Assembly: GCA_973851085.1 (NCBI GenBank)
Contig: OZ316775.1
Span: 12,834,001-12,898,000, forward strand
Length of the DNA: 64,000 nt
Direction: 5' to 3'
Source: Ptychomitrium polyphyllum
Taxonomy: Eukaryota
Shown here: positions 14,401 to 35,144 of the stretch, piece after piece
Layout: every line of letters starts with the position of its first letter
Position numbering within the stretch: position 1 is the stretch's first letter
Notes under the pieces: model-generated
Databases searched by the model: none
The model's input: only the letters and a program-made list of their open reading frames with translations
Told to the model about the DNA's origin: nothing
Made by a program: the position numbers and the translations under genes

Positions 14401-17400
14401 TCCTAAAGACTTATTTCTTAACAAATTTTTTTTATTTGTTTGTTTGTCATGAAAATTTGTATATAATTCATGGCTTGATTTATAAATGACTTCATTTCCA
14501 AAATTGACTTTCATATATTCTTGATTTTTGATATCTTTAAAAGGCCATTTTCGTGGTCGACCTCGACCTCTCTTTGATGGTTGATGTAACATTATACTTT
14601 TATTATGTGACGATTCATTTAAAACCTCATTTTTCATTTTCTTACAACATGGTAAAGAAAATGTTGTTAAGGTGTTGTTGTTATTTGTATCTTTATATGA
14701 TGTTGAAAGTTCCAACAATTTCTTTCTTGTAAAGACACGTTCCCCTTCTGGCATTATTACACCTAAACCAAGAATGTCCATTACAGCTCTATTTCTTGGT
14801 TTTCTATCACATCCTATATTTCTTTTATGATTACAAGTTTCTTCTATGACCAATACATCATTTTCTTTTTTTTCCAAATTTGTTGATATAACAGGAGTTG
14901 GTTGCAAATTTTTATTTTTTTTTCCCATTATATGACCTTTTACAACTTCAACCTCACATGGAAAAGTTTGTTCAAATACTTGGCTTTTACTTAATGGTTG
15001 TGTACAATTAATGCATGCAATAACTTCTTTTGGAATCAATGTTTCAAGACATTTGTAAGAACTTCTCTTAATTCTTCCAAACCTTTTTGGAACTGTTAGT
15101 GATTTTGATCCTATCCCTTCATGTAGAATCTTTTTATGTTGATCTGAAGTTGTGTCTATGATGGTAGTAGAAATGGGGTTAATCTTCTTTGGCCTTCCCC
15201 TTCTTTTACCAGGTTGTTGAATCTTTTCTGTTTTTTTTGGAACAAAATTAAAAGCTGCGTTCGTGTTCTTTTCTTCTGCCTTATCAACATATGATTCCAC
15301 ATCATCTTTACAATCATTTTTTTTACATTTGGAGCCCAAAACTTCACTAACCACCTTGATTTCTTGTATTTCTTTGATGTCATGTTCCTTGGTAGCTTCA
15401 AATGCACTATCTTGTTGGTAAGGCATGATTGGTGCATAAGCAATACTTCCATTTTTCTTAGATAAACTACTCAGACAACAATCTGAGTGGTTCTCCTTTG
15501 ATTCCAATTTAATATTTGCTTTTGTAGTTAAATCTTCAACAGTAAAATTTTTTATATCTGTAAATAATTCTTTTTTCACATCTCCATCTTGGATTTCATT
15601 GGCTTGGGTACTTTGTTCACATTGAAGGTATGTTACTTTTTTTGGCAGTTGTAGACAATTGGATGACAAAAAACTTGAACTTGTCCTTAATTCTTCATTA
15701 TAAGTACATGAAGTTGGAGTTAAATTACATTGTGATATTTGGTTTGAATGTATAATTAGTTTTGGCTGATTTTGGAATCCTGCATGAGAACTAAAAATTA
15801 CTATACCTATCTAAACCTCAAGAATTTATAATTTTGATGTTTTCCAAATATATCAGATATATAGTATGGATATGTACACAGATGATATTCTTAAGACTTT
15901 TATTCTTTTTACAAATCAAAATTTAATTATTGAAAAATATAAACAGTTTTCACTCATTGTGTACCTTTAATTTTAATTTTCTTAAATTTTTTGTGACTTC
16001 TTGTACGAAGGAACTTTTTTTTTCTATGAAAATTTTTATTCAATGTTTTCTTTGAAGATTGAATTTGTTTGCTCTGAGCCAAACATCCCTCCTACAAAAA
16101 TTCAACATGTTCAATTTAAATTTAAAATTCATTAAGAGAAAACTCGTTTGTATGATGTTATTTAAAACATTTAGAAATCATTGGTAATCATAAAAATCAT
16201 TGGTAATCAAAAGTTTTAAAAATTAACCTTTTTTAGCTTTAAATATATATATGTTTGTAAGCACAATATAAATTCATTGTTAGATACTAATATAAGTTCA
16301 TTAATTTTTCCTTTACAAGTATCATATGGAATTTTTGACGATGTTGTAGATAAATTTTGATATTATAGTTGATAATTTATATATTATTTTTTTAACTGCA
16401 CTATTTCTAAAAATAATCATATTTATATATAATATCATTTAATGGCATAATAAATTCTTGCAATGCAAGATTGAATGTAATATTTTTCTTGGACATATTA
16501 ATATACATTAATTTCACTAATTCTTATTTAAAAATTTCAAGATTATTCTACTAAATAATGTCAATTATAGCCTTTATATTAAAAACTATCCAAATATCTT
16601 ATTTTATAATATTAATTTCTATAAAAAAAGATATTGTTTGTTTCACCAAAATTTTGAGATGCTTGGAAACCAAGGTTTCTTTGTAAAGAATTTGATTGAT
16701 GAAAACATCAAAAAATGCTTTACAAGCAAGATTTAAAACAGCTACATGAAGTTTTTGTTGTACAAAATCTAGTACCATTGCACGTGGTTCTTTTAAGAGT
16801 GAACTATCGCAAATACTATTTTCCCCACCATGTTCGGAAAAGCTATAATGATGTGGAATAGCTTGTTCAAAAATTGTGCCTTTGTCTGCAAATATTAAAA
16901 GCTTATCTAATGATAAAGGCTCCATCAAGGCTTCAATATGAAATATCTACATTTTAAAACATATGTGGTTAGTTGTGAGTTATTTATAATTTATATTGAA
17001 AAAACATCTATTTATCTATCTATTATAGTCACATATAAATTATAATTAATAAAAAAAATTAATGAAAATTTTAGACATTTAAAATTTGATAAATACCTTC
17101 AAACAACCATAAAGATGACCAATATGATACCATTGCCAAAGTTGCCATAAAGAAAATGGTCCTTTAAAACTATGATCAACTCCTTTGTACTTCCATAAAG
17201 GCTCCATCCACATCTATTCACATTTATTATACATAATTGCACATCAATTACTATACAAAGTTGGTGATGCAATCATTCTTTAATTTTAAATGTTATATAA
17301 ATATATATGTATATAAATACATATACATATATGTGTATAGGTGTTTTTTTTTGTATATATTTAATAAGTATATAATCATGACCATTTTGAAATTTTGAAT

Positions 17401-20400
17401 TTAAATAAATTTAACAACTTTTTAAAAAAAAACAATTGCCTTTAGAATAAAGACTATAAAAGGAAAAAAATTGGAAAAAAAACATCATACTTGTCCTTGA
17501 AATATAATGTTATTGCTTTGTTGTTTGATGTCTTTATTTACATCTATTTGCTTATATTGTTTGTCAAATGTAGAACATATGTTTTGGTGTCTTTTGCTTC
17601 CGAAAGAATTTGCATTTATTAAAGGTTGTTCCATATGCATGTTTGAATATATGCATGATGGCATGATTCTAGAAGCATCCAAAGGTGTGGATTGTCTTCT
17701 TGGAGCATTAGCAATTGTAAATACATCTTTATCATGCCATTCTTCCAAATGTTGATACGTTTGGGATGGTGTGCTTGAAGCCTTCCATTGTGCTTTATTT
17801 AAATTGGACACATGATATTTGTCATTTTTTATTATTTGAGGTAGAGATCCAAACTCTGGTAGTGAAGAATTTTGGTTTACTCCAAAGCTTCCACTTATTG
17901 AATTTTGGCATGCATTTCTAATCATTGGTATTAATCCATATGAAATTGGTGCAACATTCATATTATGCGCTATTAAGTTTTTGTTACCTTGTGCATAATT
18001 TAGTTTTTGTTTCATAACCACAGGGTGTTGCAACTGATCAATTACACATGTAGATAAGAATTTATTTTTTTCAATAATTTGTTTTAATAAAAAAGGACCA
18101 ATATATAATCCTCTTTGTACCTAAATTATGAATCAATTTCATTTAAAAAATATCAAATGAGTATTAAAAAAATTTATTAAAAATATTATACACACAAATA
18201 TATATACATACATACATATATATGCATCCATACATGCATATATACATTTAAAGTTATATTAAAATAAAATCCAAGTCTAACACAATTAGCATGTATGAAG
18301 TTATATATAAAAGATTCTTAATTTAATATAGGTCCAATTTACCTGATAAATTAGAAGATCATCATGTAAAAACTTAGTTTCTAATCCTTTTTGTAGTTGT
18401 TTTAAAGTATAGATTCCACTGATTGTTCCATAATTTGTATAATAAACCCAACCACTTAAGGATTCTATAATTTTAGTACATTCCATATCTTTGGAGGATA
18501 TAATTGGATTATATAATGATTCCAATATTCTATTTGAATTCACATCATGAGTTTTTGTTTTTAAATGTTCAACTTGAGGAAACTCTTTATTATAATTTAC
18601 TTCATTGAATTTGGAAATGGAAGAAATAATCGTTTTTTGATTATTCTTTTTAGATCCTTCATATAGATTGTTACATGGCCAACGATCAATATTATTTAAT
18701 AGCCTTTCACTTTCAAAATGGTTTTCATTAGCATAAGTCTTTTCAAATGATTTCAATGTATTTCCATGAGTAGAATCAATAACAATGTTTAGAAAGTTAT
18801 TTGTAACATTATCTCTTGTTTTGCATTGAAGCCTTTGATCACATCTTTCAATTAATATGTTTTCTTTTGATGATTGTAGATCTTTATTTTGATCTTGTTC
18901 TTTTACAATTTGTTCTACTTGAATTCCTTTTATATTTGATTCTACCATTATAGTATGATCTTCGTAAGTGTGTAATTTTTGATTGGAACAAGAATCCATT
19001 TTTTGTTTATTCCACCTTCCATAAAAACCTCCATATTTGTCTTGATTCTTTAAATTCCAATTTGAAGATTGCTCTTTGTAAAGATAAATTTTTCTTTTTC
19101 TACAAATTCCAAATTCTACATAAATTTATTTAAATCCAATTTTGATAAAGTAACATATTTATCCTTTTTTAAGAAATAAAATAAATAATAAACTTATGAA
19201 TATAAAAAAATGCAATCAAAATTATGAATTAATATTATATTTATTTCTTTTTATTAAAATATATTTAATAATTTACATTATAAATAATTGTACCGTTTAT
19301 TTTCTACTTGAACATCATTTTGTTTATTCAATGTAAAACGACCTTCAAAATCATGGTCTATAACAAAACCAGTATTTCTTTGTGCATTTGTATTTTTTTT
19401 ATTTTCATTTAATTTAAGATCTTCTAAGCACATACCATATACATTGTCTTGTTCTACTCCTATTCCAGTTTCTTCATTATCTTCACCTTCACAAGTCATA
19501 ATTTCATTTAAAAAATCTTGACCTTCACTTCCAATTGGTGAGTCTTGCATTTCTTTTGATCCATGATCTTCTATACTTTCAACAAATAAGTGACTTTCTT
19601 CTAAATCAAGTTGTTTAATTATAACTTTTTCTAGATCTTGTTGTGATATTCTTGAAAGATTTCCTTCACTTCCATATTCAATAGATCCTTTGCATTGTCC
19701 ATAATCAAATGAAAACTTGTCAACAAAATCATTATTTACATTATGAAAAGTTGTATCTAACACTTCTTTAATTGAATGACTTTCCAAATCTTGTTGAAAT
19801 CCATGTTGCTCCTCTAAATGCAATGGGGATGGACTAAAATATGGAGAACATTCATAAAATGGTCTTTCTTCATGCATGTCTAATAATTCCATTTCATGTG
19901 GTTCTACATCACCTTCTTGTTTCATTTCACCTGCACATGTTGAACTTTCAACAACAAATTGTTTTTTTGTGTGCTTGTTTGTTGTTTCTAGCATTTCTTG
20001 TAAACTTGGATTTTCTTCATAAAGACCAAAAGAGATATTTTCGTCAAGATTCAAGCAATTTGTGTCTTCTGTATCTTGTTCATCATGATGAACTTGTGAA
20101 CATCCAGAACTTCCCCCTGATAAAGCTGGAGATGTAGAGCTATAGGTCATAACTTCATAATCACATAAATTTCTAAAATCTTTCAATTCGTTGTATCTGC
20201 ATACAATTTTTTCTTCATCCATGTTTATAACATTTGAAGAATTGGTTAAATTTTCATTTTCATGCATTTTTTTGTATGACATATTGTTTTCAATTTCTGT
20301 CAAGTCACAATTATGAAAATCTCCAAAGAATTTGTTACTTTTGGATGGATAGTTGATACAATCAAAGTCACAAATAAAACTTGTTTGCTTATCATTATTT

Positions 20401-23400
20401 ATTGGTTTGAGTGTTTCATTGTCAATTACAAAGCCTTCTTCAATTGATGCTTCTCTAATTTCATATTTGTTATTTGATATGGCCTAAAAAAAATGGTTGT
20501 TAAGAAAAAAGAAAAATCTTAAATTTTTTACTTACTAATTATTTGATATTTTAATATTTCAAATCTTTATAAATTAATTTTAATTCTTATATATGTATAT
20601 TTTTTAAATAACTTAAAATTAACATCGGATATACAAGCCTACCTTTTTTCCTTTGTTTGAAGATTGATATTTTGAAATTTTTGAGTTTTGATGTTTGTCT
20701 TCATAACCTCTTCCAATTTTCTCTTTTTCTTGATCATTTTCAATTGTTAATTCATACTTGCTATCTTGTGTTGTAGTATATTTATCATTCAAACTATCAT
20801 TTTTAATGAGTTTTTTGAATTCTATATGGTTTATTTTATCAGAGTCAATATCACTATAATTCAATGATTTTTTGAATTGATTGTTAATTTCATGTTTATT
20901 CCAGCATATGCATTGTTTACTATTCCATTTAGATATATGTGAATCACCATACATTGGATTATACATGATTGCCTTTTTTGTAACATTTTTGTTATTATCA
21001 TCTTCTTCCTCTACCATTGACTTTATATCTTTATTTGTAATATGACTTAAAGACAATTTAAGATCATCACTGTATTTTTCTTTATCATCTTCAATACAAA
21101 TGTTTTCAAAACATTTATCAAAATTTTTTAAATCAAATAGTTGATTTTCATTAATAATTTTGTTCAATTGGACAAAACCTTTTTGTTCTTCAATACTTTC
21201 AGTCTGTACATTCATGCATCTTAAGTTATTCTATAAATGTAAATAAAAAGTATTTAATAATATCATATATACTTTCTTTTAAAATAAAATGAAAAAAAAT
21301 TTCAATAAAATTATATTAAAAAAAGAATAAAAGAACGCTAAAGAATGCATTAAATTATTAAGTTAACAGGTTTTTAATTTTACAGATGTTTAGTTTCATC
21401 CTTACATGCACTCTGTCAATAATTTCATTGTATAATTTAATATGTTTTTCTTCATCTTGTCCCCCTTGTGTAGTCTTCAAAAAATAATTTATTGTAGTTT
21501 TGTTTGGAACTTCCTACAAACAAATATATATGGAAAATTATGGAAATGAATTAAAACGATTAATGTAAAATTATGGAAAAGAATTCAAACACACCAATCA
21601 TTTTAATTACAAATTTTTAATATTAATCTATCATTTAATCTTTATATGTTAAATTTTTTAAAATAGATAATTTACAATAAATCTAAAAGAATCTCATATT
21701 AATAGACATACAATTTTGAATTATTTCATCATACAAATCGTTCTATTATTGCTATTTTAAAATATAAATATATTTTAATTCGAAATTATATAAACAGAAT
21801 GCAACTGAAGTAGCACAAATTATTTAAAAAAAATCTAAGAGTATATAAGTAGTTTTGTTATAATAAGAATTAAAGAGTTTTTTTTTTTTGTAATCAAAGA
21901 ATATGAAATGAACAATCTATTAAAATAAAAAAACAAATTTTAATATGTGTTTGAAGAGCATCAAAATTTTATTTTTGTGTAAAAAGGTAGTTGTTTATTA
22001 ATAACAAGCTATGGAATTTTCAATGATATTTTTAACGTGTTTTAATTTTTAAATTTAAAATCTTAAATGGATTTTTAACTTTTCGTTTTTTTAATAAATT
22101 TAACATCTTCAAAAAGAAAATGAAATGTACACTTGTTTTTTCTAACCATAATCTTTTGTTGTGTATTTGATTTGAATACATGTCTTTTTGTTTGAAGAAT
22201 CTCAAAGTCATTGCTTTTGTTGTCAATTTGATTTGATTCTTCTACAAATGATTGATATTGACTATTATCTTCAAAAGAAATAGATTCATTTTTATCATGA
22301 TCAACAATTATTCCATTGACTTGATTTGAAGCTTCAAGAGCAATTTCTTTGCATACAATATCTAAATTAAAAAACGTATTAAATGTATTTAGTTAAATTA
22401 ATCAATTGTATGCTTAAATTAAATAAAGTGACAAACTTGCTTTTAAAAAAAGTCATCAAAGTAGTAAATTAGTATATACATTTAAATTGAGCCAAAATTC
22501 TTAGAAATAGATGTTTTAAAATTAAATTACAAAATAATAAAAATATAATATGCATGTGCTTGTTATACAAAAATCATTTTGTTGTTCTATTATTAAACAT
22601 ATGGAATCAACTTATCCTTTATGATTTTTCAACTATGTTGATATCTAATACTAATTGCAATTATTACTTAAAAGACGTACATATTTTATGTATTTGATTC
22701 CATGATAAAGAAATTTAACCTGTATTGAACTAAAATGGTTAAAAAAATGGACATATATCATACTAAATGAATTTGGTGAGCTTGAATACAATTTTTGCCA
22801 AGCCTGGAATAACATCATTCTAGGTTTTTAAAATTTTACCTTCTTGGTCGACTTCATTTGTTTCATTCTTTTCTCCTTCTTTTGTTGTGCTGAAACGTTC
22901 AAAACAAACATTCATCATTTGTTTTGATTCCAAAGTGTTTTACATTAAAAATGCATTCAAAAATATTGTAATAACTTAATACTAATATTCAAATGTAGCT
23001 GTTTTTCCACCTAATCAATGAATTTTTTTTATGATTTACCTATTAAGATTTGATATGCTAGAGTACTTAATCACAAAACTATCCATGTGATGCAATGTGT
23101 TTCAAATTAATGATTTGTACATGGCGGTAACCCACTTCGCTATTTTGGTAATTATTATAATGCTAACTGCGTATCATACTTATTGGACCTCACAATAAGT
23201 GACTGTTATGATGGATTGGGTGATCACTGTTGTGGCACTCAGATAACGCTTGCCCAGGGCAGTGCCAAGAAAGCTACAGCCAAGGTCTGATGTATGCACG
23301 CTGTTAGGTATTCTTGCAAATGGGAAAGGTGGAAAACTGCCAAAGCCTGGTAACATTTCCAAAGGATTTGGGGTGGGGGGGGGGTTGGGTTTTGGTGCCC

Positions 23401-24579
23401 AGGGAATTAGTGTAGGTGGGAGCATTCACATGGCGGCAGCGGCAGCAGGGGAGGAGCGCTCGATGCTCTCCTTTGCATCGGGCAGGAACTCTCTGGGGGT
23501 CCATCGCGGAGCTGCTGCCCGCTTCCCGCATTCTTGGGTCGGGCCCTCTAGCCCTGCAACAGCAGGAGCATGCGTTTGACTCCCGTGTCCTACAACCGAA
23601 GTTCGTGTCACGGATGTCGACGTTCCACTTAATGGTCTCTGTGTCGCCTGAGCTGGGTGTGGCCATCTGCAATGCTGTTGCACGCCTTTGGTACCAGAAC
23701 TCCATGCACTCTGAACTCTCTCGGTGATAATTCCGGGTGTCCAGTGCTGGTCCACCACTTGATACGGTGAGGCCTGGGCGGAAGGATACGCTGCGGCGGC
23801 GGCGGCAGCAGCAGCAGGGAAGGTAGATTGTGTATCAGAAATTGGGAAACCTTCTGCTGGCGTTTCGTCGCTGGCTCCCCATCTACTGATTAAGTATTGC
23901 GCATGCTCAATCTGTCTTTGCTGCTCCAATGGATCCTGTGACACATGTTTCGAGGCATTGAGATTTACCAGACGAAGAATTGTAACTAGACCAGCATAAA
24001 TGTCCTGCAGCAGGCAGCATGGAAACAGGAAGAGATAAGGCAATGGTTCCTTGTAAACTAGAGTGATTCGTAAAGAATTAGGGTTTGACATTGTACCAAA
24101 TAAGGGTGATCAGCAATCGGATATCCTGCTGTCTGGACCACATTCGCTCCAGAAGCACCAACAAAGTATGAGTTTTCTTCTGAAGCCCCTGGCATGTGAT
24201 GCGTCCCATCTGCACTGGCGTAGGTTGTGTGCCATGCGTCGTGCTGGTAAGCTGTTTGATAAGTGAAGTTTGCGTACGCTACTGCCTGAGTACATCCCTC
24301 ACTGCCAATATTAGTGTTAGGAAGATGAGCAGCAGCTTGTTCGGGGTAAGGTGCTGTACTATAAGTTCCAGTTCCATAGACATCCATGTGCCACGCATCT
24401 TGAGGAGTTCCTGGTGTACTGTTCGCGTTGTAGTATCCGGCAGGTTGACATGCACTGTTTTGGCAAGCATTGTTTGCAACGTAACTGCCTGGTGGATAAA
24501 TGTTGTGCTGGACAAAGCCCTCTGCACAATTATGAGTCTGATTGTCTTGACCGTCACTTTGCCATGCTTCCTGCTTCAT
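11485..24579 (-). CDS. ATXR7: SET1-type histone H3K4 methyltransferase, ATXR7/SDG25 homolog, about 2,390 aa; exons 24579-24097, 24004-23430, 22889-22840, 22361-22147, 21513-21406, 21230-20643, 20483-19294, 19099-18343, 18120-17491, 17213-17097, 16946-16647, 16091-15965, 15779-14173, 13720-13598, 12706-12626, 12471-12418, 12160-12009, 11506-11485
   Basis: C-terminal SET/post-[103 protein letters not shown]7 motif [18 protein letters not shown]-like segments [21 protein letters not shown] and [23 protein letters not shown]. Every intron is GT-AG and phase-consistent. The SET half is secure; inclusion of the two 5' exons and the exact ATG (24579 or 24597) are less certain. Confidence 0.88.
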
Positions 24580-26727
24580 ATGAACATGTAACCACATATA
24601 GCCATCAGAAATCTAGCTCAGAAGCGTACTGACTTTCTTGAAGCACACACCGACCCATGTTCTAGAATGTCCAAACTCAACAGCCGCCTTTGCACTGCAT
24701 GCGATGATGACCTTCAACCCTAAACATTGGACCAAGCACTTTCTTCGAATCACATTCCTAGCATAGCCAGACTTCAAGTAACGTTCGCACCCAGATTGCA
24801 ACCCTCGATAAGTTCAAAATCAATTACGTCACTGCCTATAACGGAACAATGAATACTTTCACAAAAGGCTCCTATTTAACGCTAAAATACCGACCAACAT
24901 TGGAACAGACTAGTGCAATTCAGCTACTTTTAGGTACAGAGAACGATGAGTGTTACCCAAGCATGTGTTGGAAGCGGAGCAGGCTGCACGGCCGAAACAT
25001 AAGAAGGCTGCTGCCACTCCCACGTTTGCTGCATTTCTATGATAATGAATCACTCTGATTCACGTATTTTGGAGACTTTTGTGCAGACATGTGACGCGAA
25101 TCTCTCAGACTTCCACTTGCTTAATTTGGTGATGAAGAATTGACCTCCTTCTCCCACACGAAGGACGTGGTTGAAACAAGCGCGCAATCCTTTAGTACCG
25201 GACAGGGTGGAATGTCAAATTTTCACGAGCCAGCAGGTCAAATTAGGTCGTTCTACCTGACGGCCGGCTGCCTCTTGCTATCCGAACTGCATTTGAGATT
25301 GTGTGTAAGGACTACAGTAACGTACTCAAAAATCTTGATCAACTGCTTCAATATTTCCGTTCTGCTGAATGAAATCTTCAAGTACATATTGACGGAATGG
25401 TAAGCTTAATATAATGTCACGACAACCTCAGATGAACTTGAATACGTGACATGTCATGCAGGGAGCTACGACGTGCGTCACCAAACCGCTCGAAGAACCT
25501 GAATTGCAAATCTCAGGTCATACGTCGACCAAGACCACGAAAACCACTTGATCTGCAGGAGAGAATTCTTGTCGATCTGATGACAAACAGATTCGAGCCT
25601 CACGGACCTGTCAATTTCGTCATTAATCTCTGCAATCTGAGATGGCCGGATGGGGTTTGAAATCTCACGTACTTATTTACTGTTCTTTAGGTGTAGGGCC
25701 GGGGAACGTGAAGCACACGGGCGTCCAGCTGTGAGGATAATGGACAGAGTGAAGAATAAGGAGAACGTTGAAGGTTACCTGAAAACAATAAAACCCACAG
25801 TTATGCCTCAGTCGTAGACCAAGTCAACAAGGACTCGAGAATCTGAAACCCTTTCTGAGAATGGCAGTGTGCGTGAGAGAAGAATCTTTCAATTGCTCTT
25901 CAAACTGAGTTGAGATTTAATCATTTAAAGTATTTTCTAAACCATTGACGACGATTGCGCAAGACAGCAGAACAAAAACAGGGGACGGTCTGCATTAAAA
26001 GATTGGAGGGATAGCTTAGAGATTCACTGACCGTGCAACGTCCGACCTGTCGTCTACAAGCTACCACGAAGGAGAAGCAATTCACCAGAGAAACGTTCCT
26101 GAAAACTTGTTCTTAGAGGGATATGCATGTCTCGACGGTGATAATGACAGTGCATGTAACGAGTGTAAACTGATAATCCACATCCAAGAAGAACCTCGCC
26201 AAGACCCTTCTCAAGTCGAATTTACAGACATGATACGATTCATGATCTGTGTGGATACTGAATGCACGGCCTCAATCGATCTTCATCAAACTTCTCCCAA
26301 ATATTAATCAACGAAGAGGAACGAAGAGTCGGAAGGGCAGTATTGTTCAAGTACAAGCGACTGCAGTGAGCACGTGCAAGAAGAGAATGAGGGCGCTTGA
26401 GTAGCACAGCAACTCAGAACTCCCGCAAAAAGTGCAGGATTAAACCCTGGAAACTACGCTGTAACGCCCTGTGTGGACGCTGGTGGTCTGGCTTGTGAAA
26501 TGGAAAGAGGGAATAGGATGCGGGAAGGCAGGCGAGAGACAGGCACAGAACTGCAAGAAGGAAACAGCATCGGAGAGATGTATCAGAGGGCATCAGAGGG
26601 CAGGAAAGAAGAATGCGGATGCAATGAGTAAATGAATAGATGAGTAAATAAATAAATGCAGGTTGAGCGAGGCGCGGAGGAGCGGCAAGAAAGGAGGGGC
26701 TGGGCAGGCAGGCAGGGGGAAGGAGCA

Positions 26728-26852
<125 letters not shown>

Positions 26853-27891
26853 GGGGCGGGGGGGGGCGGGGGAGGCGCGGTGCGGTGCGGTGCCGTGCGG
26901 TGCCAGGCAGGGAGTGGAGAATGAGGAAGGCGGTGGGCAGAGAGAGCAAGGGAGAGCGAGAGGCGGAGGCGAAGCCGTTTCACCGCAGGCGTAGAATGAA
27001 TGAACTGCATACTATGGAGATCGGCAGTGGGCAACACCCAATATTGGGCTGGCTATGACATGGCATGGCCTGGCATGGCGGGGCGGGCGCCTAACTGCAT
27101 GGACGGCCCTAGTGCCCCTCCGTCGACGTACCGCTAATTATTTCTACGGTATTCTCCTTCAAGAGATGCAACGCCATTGCAACCTGCTGGTTGGTGTGCA
27201 GTCCCGACGTCCCCATCTGCTTCGCCCCAAACGTCACGCTTCCGGTGCCGGTCGTGTCCACACTGTAGTCCCGTGCTCCTTATCAGGCCTGCCCGTTCTC
27301 GCGCTGAGTCTTCATCCGTTTGTTCTTGCACAAGTTACCTCCGTACATTCTTCTTGTTTCGCATTTCTTGATCCTCTCTCTGTCTCTCTCTTTGTGCACC
27401 TCGTCTACGTCGCCACTCACTTTTCCTTCCCGTTGTGCAGGGTTCCACAGTCCTCACTCCTGACACCATGATGATTTCCAAAAAATTGCAATATTAGGAA
27501 TTTTAAATCACACATTCACCACAATCAACCTGGTTGAAACCCTTCCCCATCGCACAGAGCTTGCTTGCTTGCTAGCTAGATGTTCCATGGCCTAGCCTCG
27601 ACCAGAATGCATTCACCTTTCAGCTCACCCCCCAGCAACATTCAGTTCTTGGACAGTTCTCGTGGAATTGCATGAAGTCGTTCAGAGCCTTACATGGCAC
27701 ACTACTTTTATGTGGAGGTTTGCTCCCAGGAATTAAATCTCCTTAGCGCCTACTTAACTAGCAGCTGGTTGTGTAGCTAGCTGTGATACAAGATTTAGAC
27801 CTCTCCGTCTCGCACAGTGGCCGCACAATTGCAGAGACAGCTTCTAACCGTAGGGCCAAGTGCGAAAGAACTTGTGGAGCGCCCGTTTGCA

Positions 27892-34658
<6,767 letters not shown>

Positions 34659-35144
34659 TCACAGCTTTCGAGTAAGTGCTAGATATATCTTGGAAATACG
34701 TTAGTATCATAATATCCTGAGTGGAAATCGAACTCAGTCCGGCACCTTCACAAGCAAAAAAACGTCACCGGCTCAATTCACCAGGCTGCCAGCACTCGTG
34801 AATCTACCAACGTCACCCTCCTTCCAACTTGATAATACATATTGCACTCCGTAACGCGCAGCCATTTCATAGCATGCAACAGTGTCGAGCATCTGTGTGC
34901 ACGACTTGACTTTGCAACCAACTTTATAGATATTAACAACTTGTCAGTCAGCATCTCTTGCACTTAAAATATAATATATGTTCTTTACCACTAATGCTAC
35001 ATGGGTTTAAGTCCTGGACTAATTGAGCATTTCATAATGCAGTAAAAGACAGCTAGGATAGCAACGCGTCTATTGATCAGAAAATGTATTTGGATTGACC
35101 TCGGTATGGCAAGTTATCATCGAACCTATCCATGCGCTTGGTTA

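Noticed and set aside
10950..23150. AT-rich block as a horizontally acquired, viral, organellar or contaminant segment
   Set aside because: It carries plant-type ATXR7 exons with spliceosomal introns in phase with exons in the flanking normal-GC DNA, and no viral or organellar genes are seen.
23180..23705. Separate small ORFs (MLPPT..., Cys-rich MEFWY...) or a gene ending at TGA 23426
   Set aside because: The AT|GTGAAT donor at 23430/23429 gives exactly the phase required by exon 22889-22840, so these are best read as intronic or alternative-frame artefacts.
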